Shown in pieces: positions 54,159 to 64,000 of a DNA stretch of 64,000 nt. The stretch covers positions 4,626,436-4,690,435 of the forward strand of contig SMSO01000031.1 in the NCBI GenBank assembly GCA_004764695.1. Direction: 5' to 3'. Under the pieces are notes generated by a model. That model was not told where the DNA came from, did not search any database, and saw only the letters and a program-made list of their open reading frames with translations. Both the position numbers and the translations under genes were made by a program. The number at the start of each line of letters is the position of its first letter. Within the stretch, counting starts at the first letter, position 1. The stretch comes from Schizochytrium sp. TIO01 (lineage: Eukaryota; Protista; Bigyra: Labyrinthulomycetes).

Positions 54159-57152
54159 ATGACAGGCCATCTTTCTTTTGTTGACCTTCAAAAGGCAATT
54201 GAACAGAAAGACGACGCAGATGATGCGGAGAGACTTGCTGAAGGCGGACTTGGCAAGATCTCTCGCAAGTCTTCAGAGGTTCCGACAGTAGATACACGTG
54301 TCCCCTTAGCTAAGGATCAAGAAGCAGCAGTTGCCTATGCTCGGCATCTCTTCGAAACTGGCAAATTACACGACTGCGTCAAAGATTGCGAAGAGACATA
54401 TATGCATGATGCGCGTAACAAAGAGAATCTCTTGCTTCTTGGCGCTGCGCATTACAGTTTGGGAAACTACAGTGAAGGCATATTTTATAATCAACAGGCT
54501 ATTAAGGTGGATTCGAACTTTGCAGAAGCGTTTTCAAATCTAGGGAACTGTTTGAGGGAACTTGGAGATATCCAAGCTGCTGTGGAGTTTTATCTTAAGG
54601 CCATCAAACTGAAGCCTCGTCTCAGTGACGCATACAATAATTTAGCATGCGCATACTTGCAATTAGGCCGAACAAAGCAGGCCATGGAAACGTTTCAAAT
54701 GGCACTCGTTCTAGAACCAAACCTTGTCGATGCTCTGTGCAATTTAGGAACTTTGCACCGTGCACAAGGCAAAATCGATGCCGCTCGTAAGTGTTTTCTT
54801 GAGGCTGTGAGGGGGCAGCCTGGTTGTGCTCTTGCGTGGTCTGGCATGGCTGGACTTTTTTATGAGGATGGAGAACTTGATACAGCTATAGGGTATTATG
54901 AAGAGTCATTACGACTCCGCTCTGATGCTGACACTGAGAATAACTATGGCAATGCTCTCCGTGCCGCGGGTCGGTTAGACGAAGCTAAGCTTGCTTATAG
55001 GCGAGCAATGAAACTACGCTCAGATTTTGCAGTTGCGCACTCAAATTACGGCGTATTATGCTTTGATAGCGGCGACATCAATAATGCTATCAAAAGCTTA
55101 CGCCATGCCTTAGTTTTAGAGCCTTCGTTGCCAGATGCCTTGAATAGCCTTGGTAGTGTTCTTTCCGCAAAAGGAGATATCGATGGCGCCCTTGACCTCT
55201 ATAGGCGATGCATCCGAGCCAAACCGGATCACCCTCATGCATACAACAATTTAGGAGTTCTCCTTCGTCAGAAACGAGGAATGTTAAAGGAGGCCGCGCA
55301 ATGTTTTGCTACTGCCTGTAAATTAATGCCAAAGTTCGCTGCAGCACAGAGCAATCTTGCTAGCTCCTTGCAAGAGCAAGGTAAGCTGGATCAGGCACTT
55401 GCTCATTACCAAGAGGCGATTGCTCTCGACCCTACCTTTGCTGCTGGGTATTGTAATCTAGGGTGCGCATATCGCTCGATAGGCCGAGTAACGGAAGCGA
55501 TCAAGTGTTTCACCACAGCAATTCGGTTGAACTCCGCACTTCCTGCTGCTTACCATTTGTTAGGTTGTGCTTATCGAGATGCAAATCGCCATGACGATGC
55601 AATTTCTTGCTTCCGCAAGGCACTGGTTCTCAAACCTGGATTTCCAGATGCTGCAGTGGCTCTTGCACATACGCTAGCTTATATTTGTGATTGGCGAACG
55701 CGAAAGGAGGATGCAAGGGAGTTTACTCAAGTTATCAAAGCCCAAACCGATGCTAGTGCAGTGCTTGAGATCCCTGCACCGTTGTCTGCTCACCCTACGC
55801 AAACACTATCCTTCTCCGTTGCCGAGGAGCTTGAAGATGACCTGAAAGCGATTTTCGGTCTCAGTGGAGCTCATGCAATGCGTCTGGAGAGATTGCTAGA
55901 GTTGCAAGGCTCTAAACAAAGCAACTTTCGTGCGCGTAAACCTGATGAGCGACTTCGGATTGGCTACGTTTCTGCCCATCTTAACAACGAGCCTCTGGGG
56001 TTTCTTTTGCAAAGTCTATTTGCCTCTCATGACGAGATAGAGTTTGAAGTGTTTGTATACGCCGCGTCTGCAAGTAACTTTTGTCGCGAGCGGCGACGAA
56101 TTGAACGTGAGGCTGAACATTTTCGTTCTATTGAAGGTCTTGGAGCCCATGAAGCGGCCAAAATGATTCGTTCGGACAACATTCATATTCTTGTTGACCT
56201 TGACGGCTATGCACAGAATGCAAGAACTGATATATTTACTTTGCGTCCAGCGCCTGTTCAGATTGCTTTGCCATTACTTCATCCACTTCCTATGTGCGCA
56301 AGTTTTTATGATTACTACATCATCGATGAGGAACTTGCCAAAGCAAAGGATGCTCCACGCGGCGTCGGGGTTCCAGATTTGGTTGACGACGAAGGCAAAA
56401 GCCTGACCGAGACCTGGCCTACAAACCAACGCCTTCTTCTACCACGCTGTATCATGATTTCCGACCACAAAGACAGTGCACGAGAAGTATTGGAGACTAG
56501 TTCAGGACCTACCCGAGCTAAATATGGTCTCGACGAATCTGGTTTTGTCTTTGCGTGTTTTACACAGACATCCAAAATTGACCCGCATACATTTGCGCAC
56601 TGGTGCAATATTTTGGAAAGAGTCCCGCGTAGTGTAATATGGCTACTTGATAGCCCCAAACTTGCACAGAGCAACCTAAAGGCAGAGGTTCGCGCTCGTG
56701 GAATCCGTGATGATCGCCTGGTATTCTGTGCTCCGGAGCCTCGTAAGGACCATTTACGCAGACTCTTCCTAGCAGATCTTGTCCTGGATACGCCTCTCTG
56801 TAATCATCATGCCAGTGCCCTCGATGTGTTTTGGGCAGGAGTACCTATGCTTCTGTGTCCTGGTGATCGCATGGCATCTCGCGTTACTGCAAGCATGGCA
56901 AAAAGTTTAGATCTTGATTTTCGCCTAGTTGTTGATACAATGCAAGAGTATGAGGATCGTGCGGTAGAACTTGCCAAACAGCCTGATAATTTGTGGAAAA
57001 TGCGGAAGGCACTCGAACAAAATCGCTTGTCTTCCGCGTTGTTTGATGTCAAAGACTTTGCTGGTGCAATTGAGCGCCAGTTTGCCACTATTTGGCTTGC
57101 ACGCGAACGAGGTGAAACACCAGAAAAGGCAGTCAAAAAGGCTCAAGCTTAA
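54159..57152 (+). CDS. OGT: O-linked N-acetylglucosamine transferase (OGT/SEC-like, GT41) with TPR array
   Basis: About 13 TPRs (FAEAFSNLGN, AYNNLA) and ICDW, then catalytic-lobe motifs LRIGYVS, IHILVDLDGY, LRPAPVQ, KIDP..W.NILERVP.S.IWLL, LADLVLDTPLCN, DVFWAGVP and MASRV. Confidence 0.85.
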   Translation: MTGHLSFVDLQKAIEQKDDADDAERLAEGGLGKISRKSSEVPTVDTRVPLAKDQEAAVAYARHLFETGKLHDCVKDCEETYMHDARNKENLLLLGAAHYSLGNYSEGIFYNQQAIKVDSNFAEAFSNLGNCLRELGDIQAAVEFYLKAIKLKPRLSDAYNNLACAYLQLGRTKQAMETFQMALVLEPNLVDALCNLGTLHRAQGKIDAARKCFLEAVRGQPGCALAWSGMAGLFYEDGELDTAIGYYEESLRLRSDADTENNYGNALRAAGRLDEAKLAYRRAMKLRSDFAVAHSNYGVLCFDSGDINNAIKSLRHALVLEPSLPDALNSLGSVLSAKGDIDGALDLYRRCIRAKPDHPHAYNNLGVLLRQKRGMLKEAAQCFATACKLMPKFAAAQSNLASSLQEQGKLDQALAHYQEAIALDPTFAAGYCNLGCAYRSIGRVTEAIKCFTTAIRLNSALPAAYHLLGCAYRDANRHDDAISCFRKALVLKPGFPDAAVALAHTLAYICDWRTRKEDAREFTQVIKAQTDASAVLEIPAPLSAHPTQTLSFSVAEELEDDLKAIFGLSGAHAMRLERLLELQGSKQSNFRARKPDERLRIGYVSAHLNNEPLGFLLQSLFASHDEIEFEVFVYAASASNFCRERRRIEREAEHFRSIEGLGAHEAAKMIRSDNIHILVDLDGYAQNARTDIFTLRPAPVQIALPLLHPLPMCASFYDYYIIDEELAKAKDAPRGVGVPDLVDDEGKSLTETWPTNQRLLLPRCIMISDHKDSAREVLETSSGPTRAKYGLDESGFVFACFTQTSKIDPHTFAHWCNILERVPRSVIWLLDSPKLAQSNLKAEVRARGIRDDRLVFCAPEPRKDHLRRLFLADLVLDTPLCNHHASALDVFWAGVPMLLCPGDRMASRVTASMAKSLDLDFRLVVDTMQEYEDRAVELAKQPDNLWKMRKALEQNRLSSALFDVKDFAGAIERQFATIWLARERGETPEKAVKKAQA

Positions 57153-58081
57153 TCAATTCGCTCAAGCACACATAACTAATAACTTATGTAAAATGTTGAA
57201 AATGATTTAGGTTGTGTGTTTTCCTGCTTCAAATGTTTCAGATGATCTATAACCTGTTCGTCTGGCGCACTTCGCCCCTTCTTACAAGGTTTGATTAATG
57301 CATCCAAATGAAGAAGGTACCTATCTAGTGCATTGCCCCTTAGGCTAAAACTATGCCATCTCGGAGACACATGACGAGTTCTCACAAATCAATTTTGTAT
57401 CATAACAGAGTATTACCTAACTATTACCGTAATAATTTACTGTCACACCACTTCCCCTGCAATTTGCGAGGTTCCCTCTACGCTTCTGGGGAAACCCTGC
57501 TTGTCTTATTCTTCATCCTTCTCCAAGAAATTCCTGGATATTTTGTACATTCTTTCCTCGCAACGAGGCTCAGTTTCTTCCAGACGCACTATTTGTATTC
57601 CTAATGTTCCATATGTTCCATATGTGCTTTGCGTTCTCAACGTTCCGACGCCGTTGTATCTGTGCAAAAGCCAGATCAGGCTGGCAGAGGATCAAACTCT
57701 TAATCAATTAGTCGCTCTGTTGCGCGACCGATTGTTCGGCACGGACGTCGCGCCTCTCTGGTGTGCGACTTCTTGGCTGACTCTGTCGGATACCTCGGGC
57801 TGTTAAGCTGCCTGCGTCCTCCGCTCGCCTGTACCGTCGGTGTTCATCGACCTTCGGCAGAGCACGCTTGAATCTCTCGATATATCACCATAGGAAGCGA
57901 CCTCTTCCGCAGTCGGTTTGCCTAACCAAAGTTTGCCTTTTTTAGCGAAACTTTGTGTGAGCTGCATTTTTCTGCAAAGCTCGCATCTACTCCGCCGCTA
58001 GATTTGCTTTTCGGCTCTCTGAATCTCGTATCTCTTGTTGAACAAGTGCTTTGGCCTCAAGATAGATTTAATATCTCCATT

Positions 58082-60091
58082 ATGTCGGACAATGCTTCAT
58101 CTTCTGCGTACAACGCAGCCAGCGTTCTTGATGATATGCGTAGATTGAACCTTGTGGCACCTGCCACCACCTACGCTTCTGTATCTCAGCAGCAACAGCA
58201 GCAGCAGCAGCAGCACCAGTCTTCTTCGCCGAGCGGTCCCATCAATTATGATCTGCAAAATGCTCAAGACCGCTTCCAACGTCTGAATGGCATGGATAAT
58301 TATGACTTTGAGGCGGACCAGCTTGCCTCTGCCCTCGAATTTGCTCTTGGTGAACCATCTACGCCTCCCCAGCAACCTCAGTCCCAGCCCCAATACTTGC
58401 AGCAGCAAAGTCAACAGCAGCAATTTCATTCTCCCTTGCCTCCTCAGTCGCAGCAGCAGTTCCGCTCTGCCCCTCCCGGCTACGCGCCCTCCCCTGGATC
58501 GATGCCCCCTCCGCCCCCTGGCCAATTCCAGCCTATGCCTGAGTCCTACAACCCGCCACCTGGCATGATGCCTCTTCCAAACATGCCTCCTCCGAACATG
58601 CCGCCCCCTCACGGCTTCGGGGGTCCGCCCCCCCCTCACATGATGATGATGCCTCCTCGCGGTCCCCCTCCTGGCGCCTTCTTTGGAGGGATGCCGCCTC
58701 CTCCCGGATCGATGCCGCCTCCGCCTCCCAATATGGTTCCGCCTGGAGGATTTGCAGGCCCTTATGGTGGCCCGCAAGGTCCCTCCCCACACGAGCATAG
58801 GCCTGCTTCTGAGGGTTTCGAGTACGAGCCAATCAAGTACTCTGAGCGCATGCGCATGCGGAACACAAAACGCATGAGTGGCGCAGACCTCTTTCGCATC
58901 ATTCGGCACCAGCAGATGGCACTCTCGAGCGGAGACGCCTTTGTGGACGACTACTATGCCATCAAGCTTGCGGAGAAGAAGCAGAAGGACTTTATGCAGT
59001 CTCAGATGGGAGCTGCGCAAAAATCGCGGCCAGCAGACCTCCTAGCAGAGATGCAGGCCTTGCTGAGTGGATCTCCAGCCCTCGCGATGAACATGCTGCA
59101 TCACAGAGGCCCGCTCCCTATGTCCGAGATGCCTGGATATGCCAACCCGGCGCAATTTAGCAAGGCATCTCTTGCTCGCAAAACCAAGACATGGCATGAG
59201 TCCAACAACGTGCTTGGACGCTCGGTCAAGACTAACCTCAAGCGTCCTCGTGAGCTTATTGCCATGCAGCGCGAGGGTGCTGGCAAGGGCAGCGAGGGAA
59301 GCACCTTCCAGGGCCAGATCTGGATCATGCGTGGCACACTCGAGAAAATTGCACGCAAACTGTTTGAGATTGAGGATGTACACCGAGTTCTTGAAGCCAA
59401 ACTAGACACTGTGCGCGGTGATCAGATGCGTCATCAGCACGAAAGCGACTACGACGCTGTGAAGAACGCAATTGGTTCTCTTCAGCACAAGCAGCTTCTT
59501 CTGTGCAACGCGCTCGGCGAGCTACTTGGATATCCGTCCGCTATTGACGAGACAGGCGAGTACGATCCTACGAAGGAGGTTGAGCTCACCGAGGGTTGGG
59601 ATGCTCTTTTCTTTCTTATCTGGACCCCGAAGGGTCGCCAATTGGTTTTGCGTGCCATTCCGTGCTTGCTTAAGCCTCACTTGCGTTCTATCTTGCGCAC
59701 CTTCTGCACCAATTGTGCTTACTTTGTGTGCCGTAACCCTGATGGTCAGGATGAGGACCCTGTCACCGATGAAGAGGCTCGTATCGATTTGTTGGCCGCT
59801 GCAACCTTTGCGGATGAGTTTCGTCATGTCGCCGACCTTGAGTTTGTTACAAAGTGCCTCGAGCTCACGCGTACCGTCTTCGAACAGAACCCGCCTGTGC
59901 TCAGCGTCTTTGTGCATATTCCTGCTGGACAGGAGATTATTCGTACGATGATTCAGCACGGAAAAGCCCTTTCTGGAAATTACGAACTCGGATCTCCCGA
60001 GCAGCAGTCTTGGCAGATTACCTCGGAAAGCTTTTACGACATTATGCAAAAGGCTGTTGCTGCCCTGGAGCAAGGTCAGGGTGCCAACTAG
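58082..60091 (+). CDS. PAT1: mRNA decapping activator PAT1/PATL1
   Basis: Gln/Pro-rich N-terminus; mid-domain MSGADLFRIIRHQQMAL..DAFVDDYY; LGRSVKTNLKRPRELI; C-terminal domain with KGRQLVLRAIPCL. First ATG at 58082. Confidence 0.82.
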   Translation: MSDNASSSAYNAASVLDDMRRLNLVAPATTYASVSQQQQQQQQQHQSSSPSGPINYDLQNAQDRFQRLNGMDNYDFEADQLASALEFALGEPSTPPQQPQSQPQYLQQQSQQQQFHSPLPPQSQQQFRSAPPGYAPSPGSMPPPPPGQFQPMPESYNPPPGMMPLPNMPPPNMPPPHGFGGPPPPHMMMMPPRGPPPGAFFGGMPPPPGSMPPPPPNMVPPGGFAGPYGGPQGPSPHEHRPASEGFEYEPIKYSERMRMRNTKRMSGADLFRIIRHQQMALSSGDAFVDDYYAIKLAEKKQKDFMQSQMGAAQKSRPADLLAEMQALLSGSPALAMNMLHHRGPLPMSEMPGYANPAQFSKASLARKTKTWHESNNVLGRSVKTNLKRPRELIAMQREGAGKGSEGSTFQGQIWIMRGTLEKIARKLFEIEDVHRVLEAKLDTVRGDQMRHQHESDYDAVKNAIGSLQHKQLLLCNALGELLGYPSAIDETGEYDPTKEVELTEGWDALFFLIWTPKGRQLVLRAIPCLLKPHLRSILRTFCTNCAYFVCRNPDGQDEDPVTDEEARIDLLAAATFADEFRHVADLEFVTKCLELTRTVFEQNPPVLSVFVHIPAGQEIIRTMIQHGKALSGNYELGSPEQQSWQITSESFYDIMQKAVAALEQGQGAN

Positions 60092-60431
60092 ATTGTCAAG
60101 CAGACATGTTCGTTCAAGCAGGTGTCTTTAGCCCCCTAACCTTGCTCCGGGCGTAGTAAGGGAGCAGGCAGTTTTTCATTCTTTACCTGCCGAGAGTGTT
60201 AATTTTTTATAAACACCTTTTTACATACTTTTTCTTTTTAAAACAACTTTAGGATGATCATTGTTGTTGCTTCCTATGCTTGCTTGACTCATGCACGCTA
60301 TTTTCACCTCTTTTTAAATTGGAGTATCACTTTTAAGCTGCAATGGAAAATTTACAGCACATTTTAATTTCTGGATTACATGATAGAGACTATTATTAAT
60401 TCGTCTTGAGCAAAGGATGTGATGTAGTGAA

Positions 60432-61364
60432 TCATCGCCTTCGCGTACCACCAAAGCCTCTTGAAGTGTGACCACCGCTACCTGCGTCGTTGCCATAATC
60501 ACGGTCTCGGGTGTAGCCACGGTCGTACTGATCACCCCAGTAATTGCGCCGCTGATACCCTCCATTGCCTCTAAACATGGAAGCGCCAATGGCACCAAGG
60601 CCAAGGCCAGTCCAGAACCCAGGTCCATTGTTTGTTCCACGAGTCCGTGTATCACATGACTGGCCATAGTAACCATCATAGCCTCCGCTGCCCCAGCCAC
60701 CACCACCACCGCCGCCAGGCCACCAACCACCACCATTTCCACCTCCAGTGTTATTTCGTCTAGAAGAACTCTGGCGAGAGTCGTTTGGCTTAACGAATAA
60801 CTGATAAATTAGCATGCCAATGGACCCTACCATAATCAGATTGACGAAGGTACTTACCCACCCACCCGACTTCTTGTATGAAGTAGACGGATAACTTCCG
60901 AATGAGCTAAAGCGGCCACGCCCCCCACCGCGAGATCGCATTGTATATTCAAGTCCGCATGAGCCAGCGAGGATGTATGGATCGTCTCTCGAGTTATAAC
61001 CCTCGCAAACTACATCGGTCTCCCCAAGGTCGAATTCTGCAGGAAGCTGCGCAGTGCATTCCCATTGAACTTCACCGTATGAATCAGTACCAACGTTTCT
61101 ACACTGCACAATATCAGGCTGAAATGAGCAGTCGCCCCCAACACATGCTAGCTGAGGTACAGGGGACGATCGTCGTCCTGTAGTCATCATACCTTTCCTA
61201 AAAGTAAGGGCCGAGACTTTCTCAAGTAGCACCTTCTGTCCCGAAGCTGTTGAGGGAGAACATACTGCTACAGCAAAGCTCAAAACCAAATACTTGCATA
61301 CCTTTTGCATGGAAGGACTTGCCCTTGCCATTCTCAACCTCAGGCACGACTCTTTGTTACGCAC
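60432..61364 (-). CDS. SARAF: Store-operated calcium entry-associated regulatory factor (SARAF/TMEM66)
   Basis: KVLLEKVSALTF..MTTGRRSSPVPQLACVGG...VQC.NVG...VQWEC...CEGY...DPYILAGSCGLEY, then a TM, a Gly-rich tail with PGFWTGLGLG and a GFGGTRRR end. Confidence 0.93.
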   Translation of the reverse strand: MRNKESCLRLRMARASPSMQKVCKYLVLSFAVAVCSPSTASGQKVLLEKVSALTFRKGMMTTGRRSSPVPQLACVGGDCSFQPDIVQCRNVGTDSYGEVQWECTAQLPAEFDLGETDVVCEGYNSRDDPYILAGSCGLEYTMRSRGGGRGRFSSFGSYPSTSYKKSGGWVSTFVNLIMVGSIGMLIYQLFVKPNDSRQSSSRRNNTGGGNGGGWWPGGGGGGGWGSGGYDGYYGQSCDTRTRGTNNGPGFWTGLGLGAIGASMFRGNGGYQRRNYWGDQYDRGYTRDRDYGNDAGSGGHTSRGFGGTRRR

Positions 61365-62277
61365 TCTTCAATCTTTTATAAGGTTTGCTTTGCCCCGACC
61401 ACAGTCGATAGTTGCGTATCTGTGAATGTGAACTTGAAAGAATGTGAAGCTTTTCAAGTTCACTTTCAAGAAAGCGTCCCTTTCGAGATTAATCCTGCCT
61501 TGCTTTCTACGCACGTCCTGTACTCCAGGCTTCTTTGAGCAGAACTTTGCCTCCCTATTCTGCGGTGCCTGTGACCAAACACCACTCTCTTTGTAACTTT
61601 CCCGAGGTCTGTTTGGAGTCTGCTAGGTCCCGCAAGTCCTAAGCATCATCTCCAATATTGATTTATCTTTCCTTCGGACTTAAATACGCCTTTCATCTAA
61701 TAAAGAGAAAGCCCTTTTTCGAGTCTCGGTATAATATAATTGGTCGAAAGGAACTCCTATTTCCTAGAATACTGAAGAACCGCTTCCAAGGTGGAACTCT
61801 TCGAAGCAAGCAATCAAACTATCGCCAAAGCAAAACATAAAAACACGACCGGTGCGAATGAATTGGTTTTTCGGTATGAAAAAATCATAGCAAATAGTTC
61901 ACTCTCGGAATGGAAGTCGTGCCACAATCTAGAACTAGCTGAATTATTAGAATTATTGTTCATGTGCCTTTGAAAGCGAAGTTGTTTCTATAGCATTTCT
62001 CAAACTTTTAAAGTTATTAATTTATAACAACATACATTTACCATCGAAGTCGCATTACTGAGTAACCTATTTAGTGATTCATTGTAGCTTCTTTATATGA
62101 TATACCCTAACAATGTTTTTTTCTATTGCTTCCTTGGGGTATTATATATTAATTCACGATCAATCCCGTTTGGGAGCTTGCCACACGTTCGCTCGTTCGC
62201 GCTTGGCCGCTTAATCAGGCAGGCCGGCAAGAAAGGGGACTAGGACAGTCAGTCGACAGGTAGACAGGCAGGCAAGC

Positions 62278-63663
62278 ATGGAAGCATCTCGCTCTGCGCT
62301 GCTACCTGCAAATACCGCCGGCGGCTGCGGTCCCGGTGGTGGCGCCGTCGCCTCTCGTCTGACAGCCGTTCGCGATGCTTCTGTTCCCGAAGGCCAAGTT
62401 CTCGTTGCTGCAGGTGTTCGCGATTGCCTCGTTGCCGCCCTTGCCAGCTTCCCTGATTCCCCTACCCGCGATACGTCTAACTCTTCCGATCCTCAGGATG
62501 CCAAGGAGGATTCAGACTCGTCCTCCGCCAAGGTGCCGGTGCCTGCAACACTTGCCGACTCTATTTCGATTGAGCTGGGATGCTCTCCTCGTCGTGATCT
62601 GACGAGTGTGTCTTCCTGCGGTTTTCTTGTTGCCGCGTCAGACTGTCGCGGCGGTGGTCTCGTTGCTCGCCTACCTTCCTCCATCTCCGATATTTCTGAC
62701 ATCGTCGCTGCTCCCCTCTCACGGCATCTGCGTTCCTCCTCAGTTTCCTCAGAACCATCCTCAAAGAGGCCTCGTGTCGAGCTCGGTGCTTCTCTTCGTT
62801 TCGCCCCTGGATCAAACTCTCTCATGCCAAGCTGGAGCCATGTGGCATTTCCTCGCATATCGAACTGCACTTCTGACTCTGCGTCGAACTCAGAGCCAGA
62901 TTTCTTTGCGGTTTCGCACGGCCTCGGTCGCCTCACGCAGATTGTGGACGTAGTCTCTGGCCGCCAGAAAGTTTCAATGATACACTCCCAGGCGCCTGGT
63001 GGTCTGGTCTTTGTTGATCCGCACACCTTCGTAGCTTTGGAGTGGGGTTCCTTGTCTCTCTGGGATGTGCGTAGTGCAAAATGCGTGCGTCCTTCATCAC
63101 TCCCGGGTAACTCAGGGGGGGTGTTCCCCATCCCAGAGGAGCGGACTCCATGGTTGTGCGCTGATGTCAGCGAGGACGGGCTCGTGCTGGCGTTAGCAAA
63201 TGAATCGCGTACGGTTGCTGCGGTGGATCTAAGGTCGTGGAGAACCACGGCGACTTGGAGGGCGCCTATCAAGCACGAACCGGTAGCCGTGCGCCTTGCA
63301 GGCGCAGAGAACAGGTGCTTCGTGGCCGGCCGGGACCATGAACTCGTCGGATGTCGGTTAGAGGACATGGCACGCAAGAGTGGGGTTGCGACAGTATCCA
63401 AGAAGCAGAAGAAGCAGCAAAAAAATAAAATGGATGAGGATGACAATAATAACAGCAACAACGAGAATGTGCCGGAGGGTCCCAAGACGGTTACACCACA
63501 GTCAGTGCCTGTGGGGTCGCTACTCCACCAGAATCATCGTACGTTCCGCAGCGAGGCAACGTGGGCAGGTGTGGATCTCTGGCAGCCGAAGAACTCGGAG
63601 AGCACCAAGTTTGTCGGCTTGACAACCTCTGGCATCCTTTATGCAGGAAACTATTACTTTTGA
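62278..63663 (+). CDS. WD40-like beta-propeller protein
   Basis: 461 aa with beta-strand-rich repeats (SLSLWDVR, VAAVDLRSW, CFVAGRDHEL, FRSEATWAGV). Confidence 0.65.
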   Translation: MEASRSALLPANTAGGCGPGGGAVASRLTAVRDASVPEGQVLVAAGVRDCLVAALASFPDSPTRDTSNSSDPQDAKEDSDSSSAKVPVPATLADSISIELGCSPRRDLTSVSSCGFLVAASDCRGGGLVARLPSSISDISDIVAAPLSRHLRSSSVSSEPSSKRPRVELGASLRFAPGSNSLMPSWSHVAFPRISNCTSDSASNSEPDFFAVSHGLGRLTQIVDVVSGRQKVSMIHSQAPGGLVFVDPHTFVALEWGSLSLWDVRSAKCVRPSSLPGNSGGVFPIPEERTPWLCADVSEDGLVLALANESRTVAAVDLRSWRTTATWRAPIKHEPVAVRLAGAENRCFVAGRDHELVGCRLEDMARKSGVATVSKKQKKQQKNKMDEDDNNNSNNENVPEGPKTVTPQSVPVGSLLHQNHRTFRSEATWAGVDLWQPKNSESTKFVGLTTSGILYAGNYYF

Positions 63664-64000
63664 GAACCAACTTCGCTAGGATTGCTGTGCCCACAATGCC
63701 AACTGCCAACTTTACATATATAGGTATGCTTGCAGCGCTGTAGTCCGAACTGGTGTCACTTGTTGTATCTGTCCCGCTGTCTGATCCCGAACCTGTTGAA
63801 GATGACGAACTATCTTTACCTTCGCGCAACTCCGCATAACATACATTATTTTCATCTGTTGAACTGTAGGGGTTAATCGCGGTAATATTGATTCCTAGTA
63901 CACTGCTTTCGTCACTACATAGGCTAGAAAATCTTAGGCCCGCTAATACGCTGTTGATGGCGGTCCGTGGTCCCCGAAGCCAAATTGACGAGGAACAACC
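63491..64000 (-). CDS. 3' end of a single-pass membrane protein entering from beyond the window end
   Basis: The frame is open from 64000 (GCSSSIWLRGPRTAINSVLAGLRF...NVCYAELREGK) through a Ser/Thr/Asp stalk and TM IPIYVKLAVGIVGTAILA to a stop at 63491. Confidence 0.6.
   Translation of the reverse strand, partial: GCSSSIWLRGPRTAINSVLAGLRFSSLCSDESSVLGINITAINPYSSTDENNVCYAELREGKDSSSSSTGSGSDSGTDTTSDTSSDYSAASIPIYVKLAVGIVGTAILAKLVLKSNSFLHKGCQRLSSRQTWCSPSSSAARDPHLPTLPRCGTYDDSGGVATPQALTVV

Noticed and set aside
15836-61364. Apparent calcium-signalling cluster (TRPP channel, IQ protein, P-ATPase fragment, SARAF)
   Set aside because: The genes are scattered over 45 kb among unrelated housekeeping genes, with no evidence of functional clustering.
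1-64000. tRNA/rRNA genes (several GGTTCGA T-loop-like words, e.g. ~5738, ~20388, ~25748)
   Set aside because: No cloverleaf stems could be built around them by eye. tRNAscan-SE or Infernal would be decisive.

Overview
Eukaryotic nuclear DNA that is gene-dense and intron-poor. A stramenopile protist such as a thraustochytrid is my guess from gene content and style, not a demonstrated assignment. Recognisable genes are MED14 (partial), RRP15, a polycystin-2/TRPP channel, a chromate transporter, LPAAT, a 1737-aa Cys-rich multi-pass membrane protein, MSS51-like, ABI-like, IWR1-like, a PHD-finger protein, a TFIIIC-subunit-6-like gene, an IQ-motif protein, a tetraspanin-like protein, O-GlcNAc transferase, PAT1, SARAF and a WD40-like protein. 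Two features stand out. (1) A decayed IS607-family element at ~37.4-39.5 kb carries a serine-recombinase TnpA and a Fanzor2/TnpB RNA-guided nuclease pseudogene. Most of it is invisible in the ORF track, and a candidate omegaRNA/right-end region follows it. (2) Three paralogous single-pass membrane proteins at 3.9-13.7 kb share an 8-cysteine ectodomain I cannot assign to a known family, each fused to a different low-complexity module. All calls come from manual translation and motif recognition; no database searches were run.
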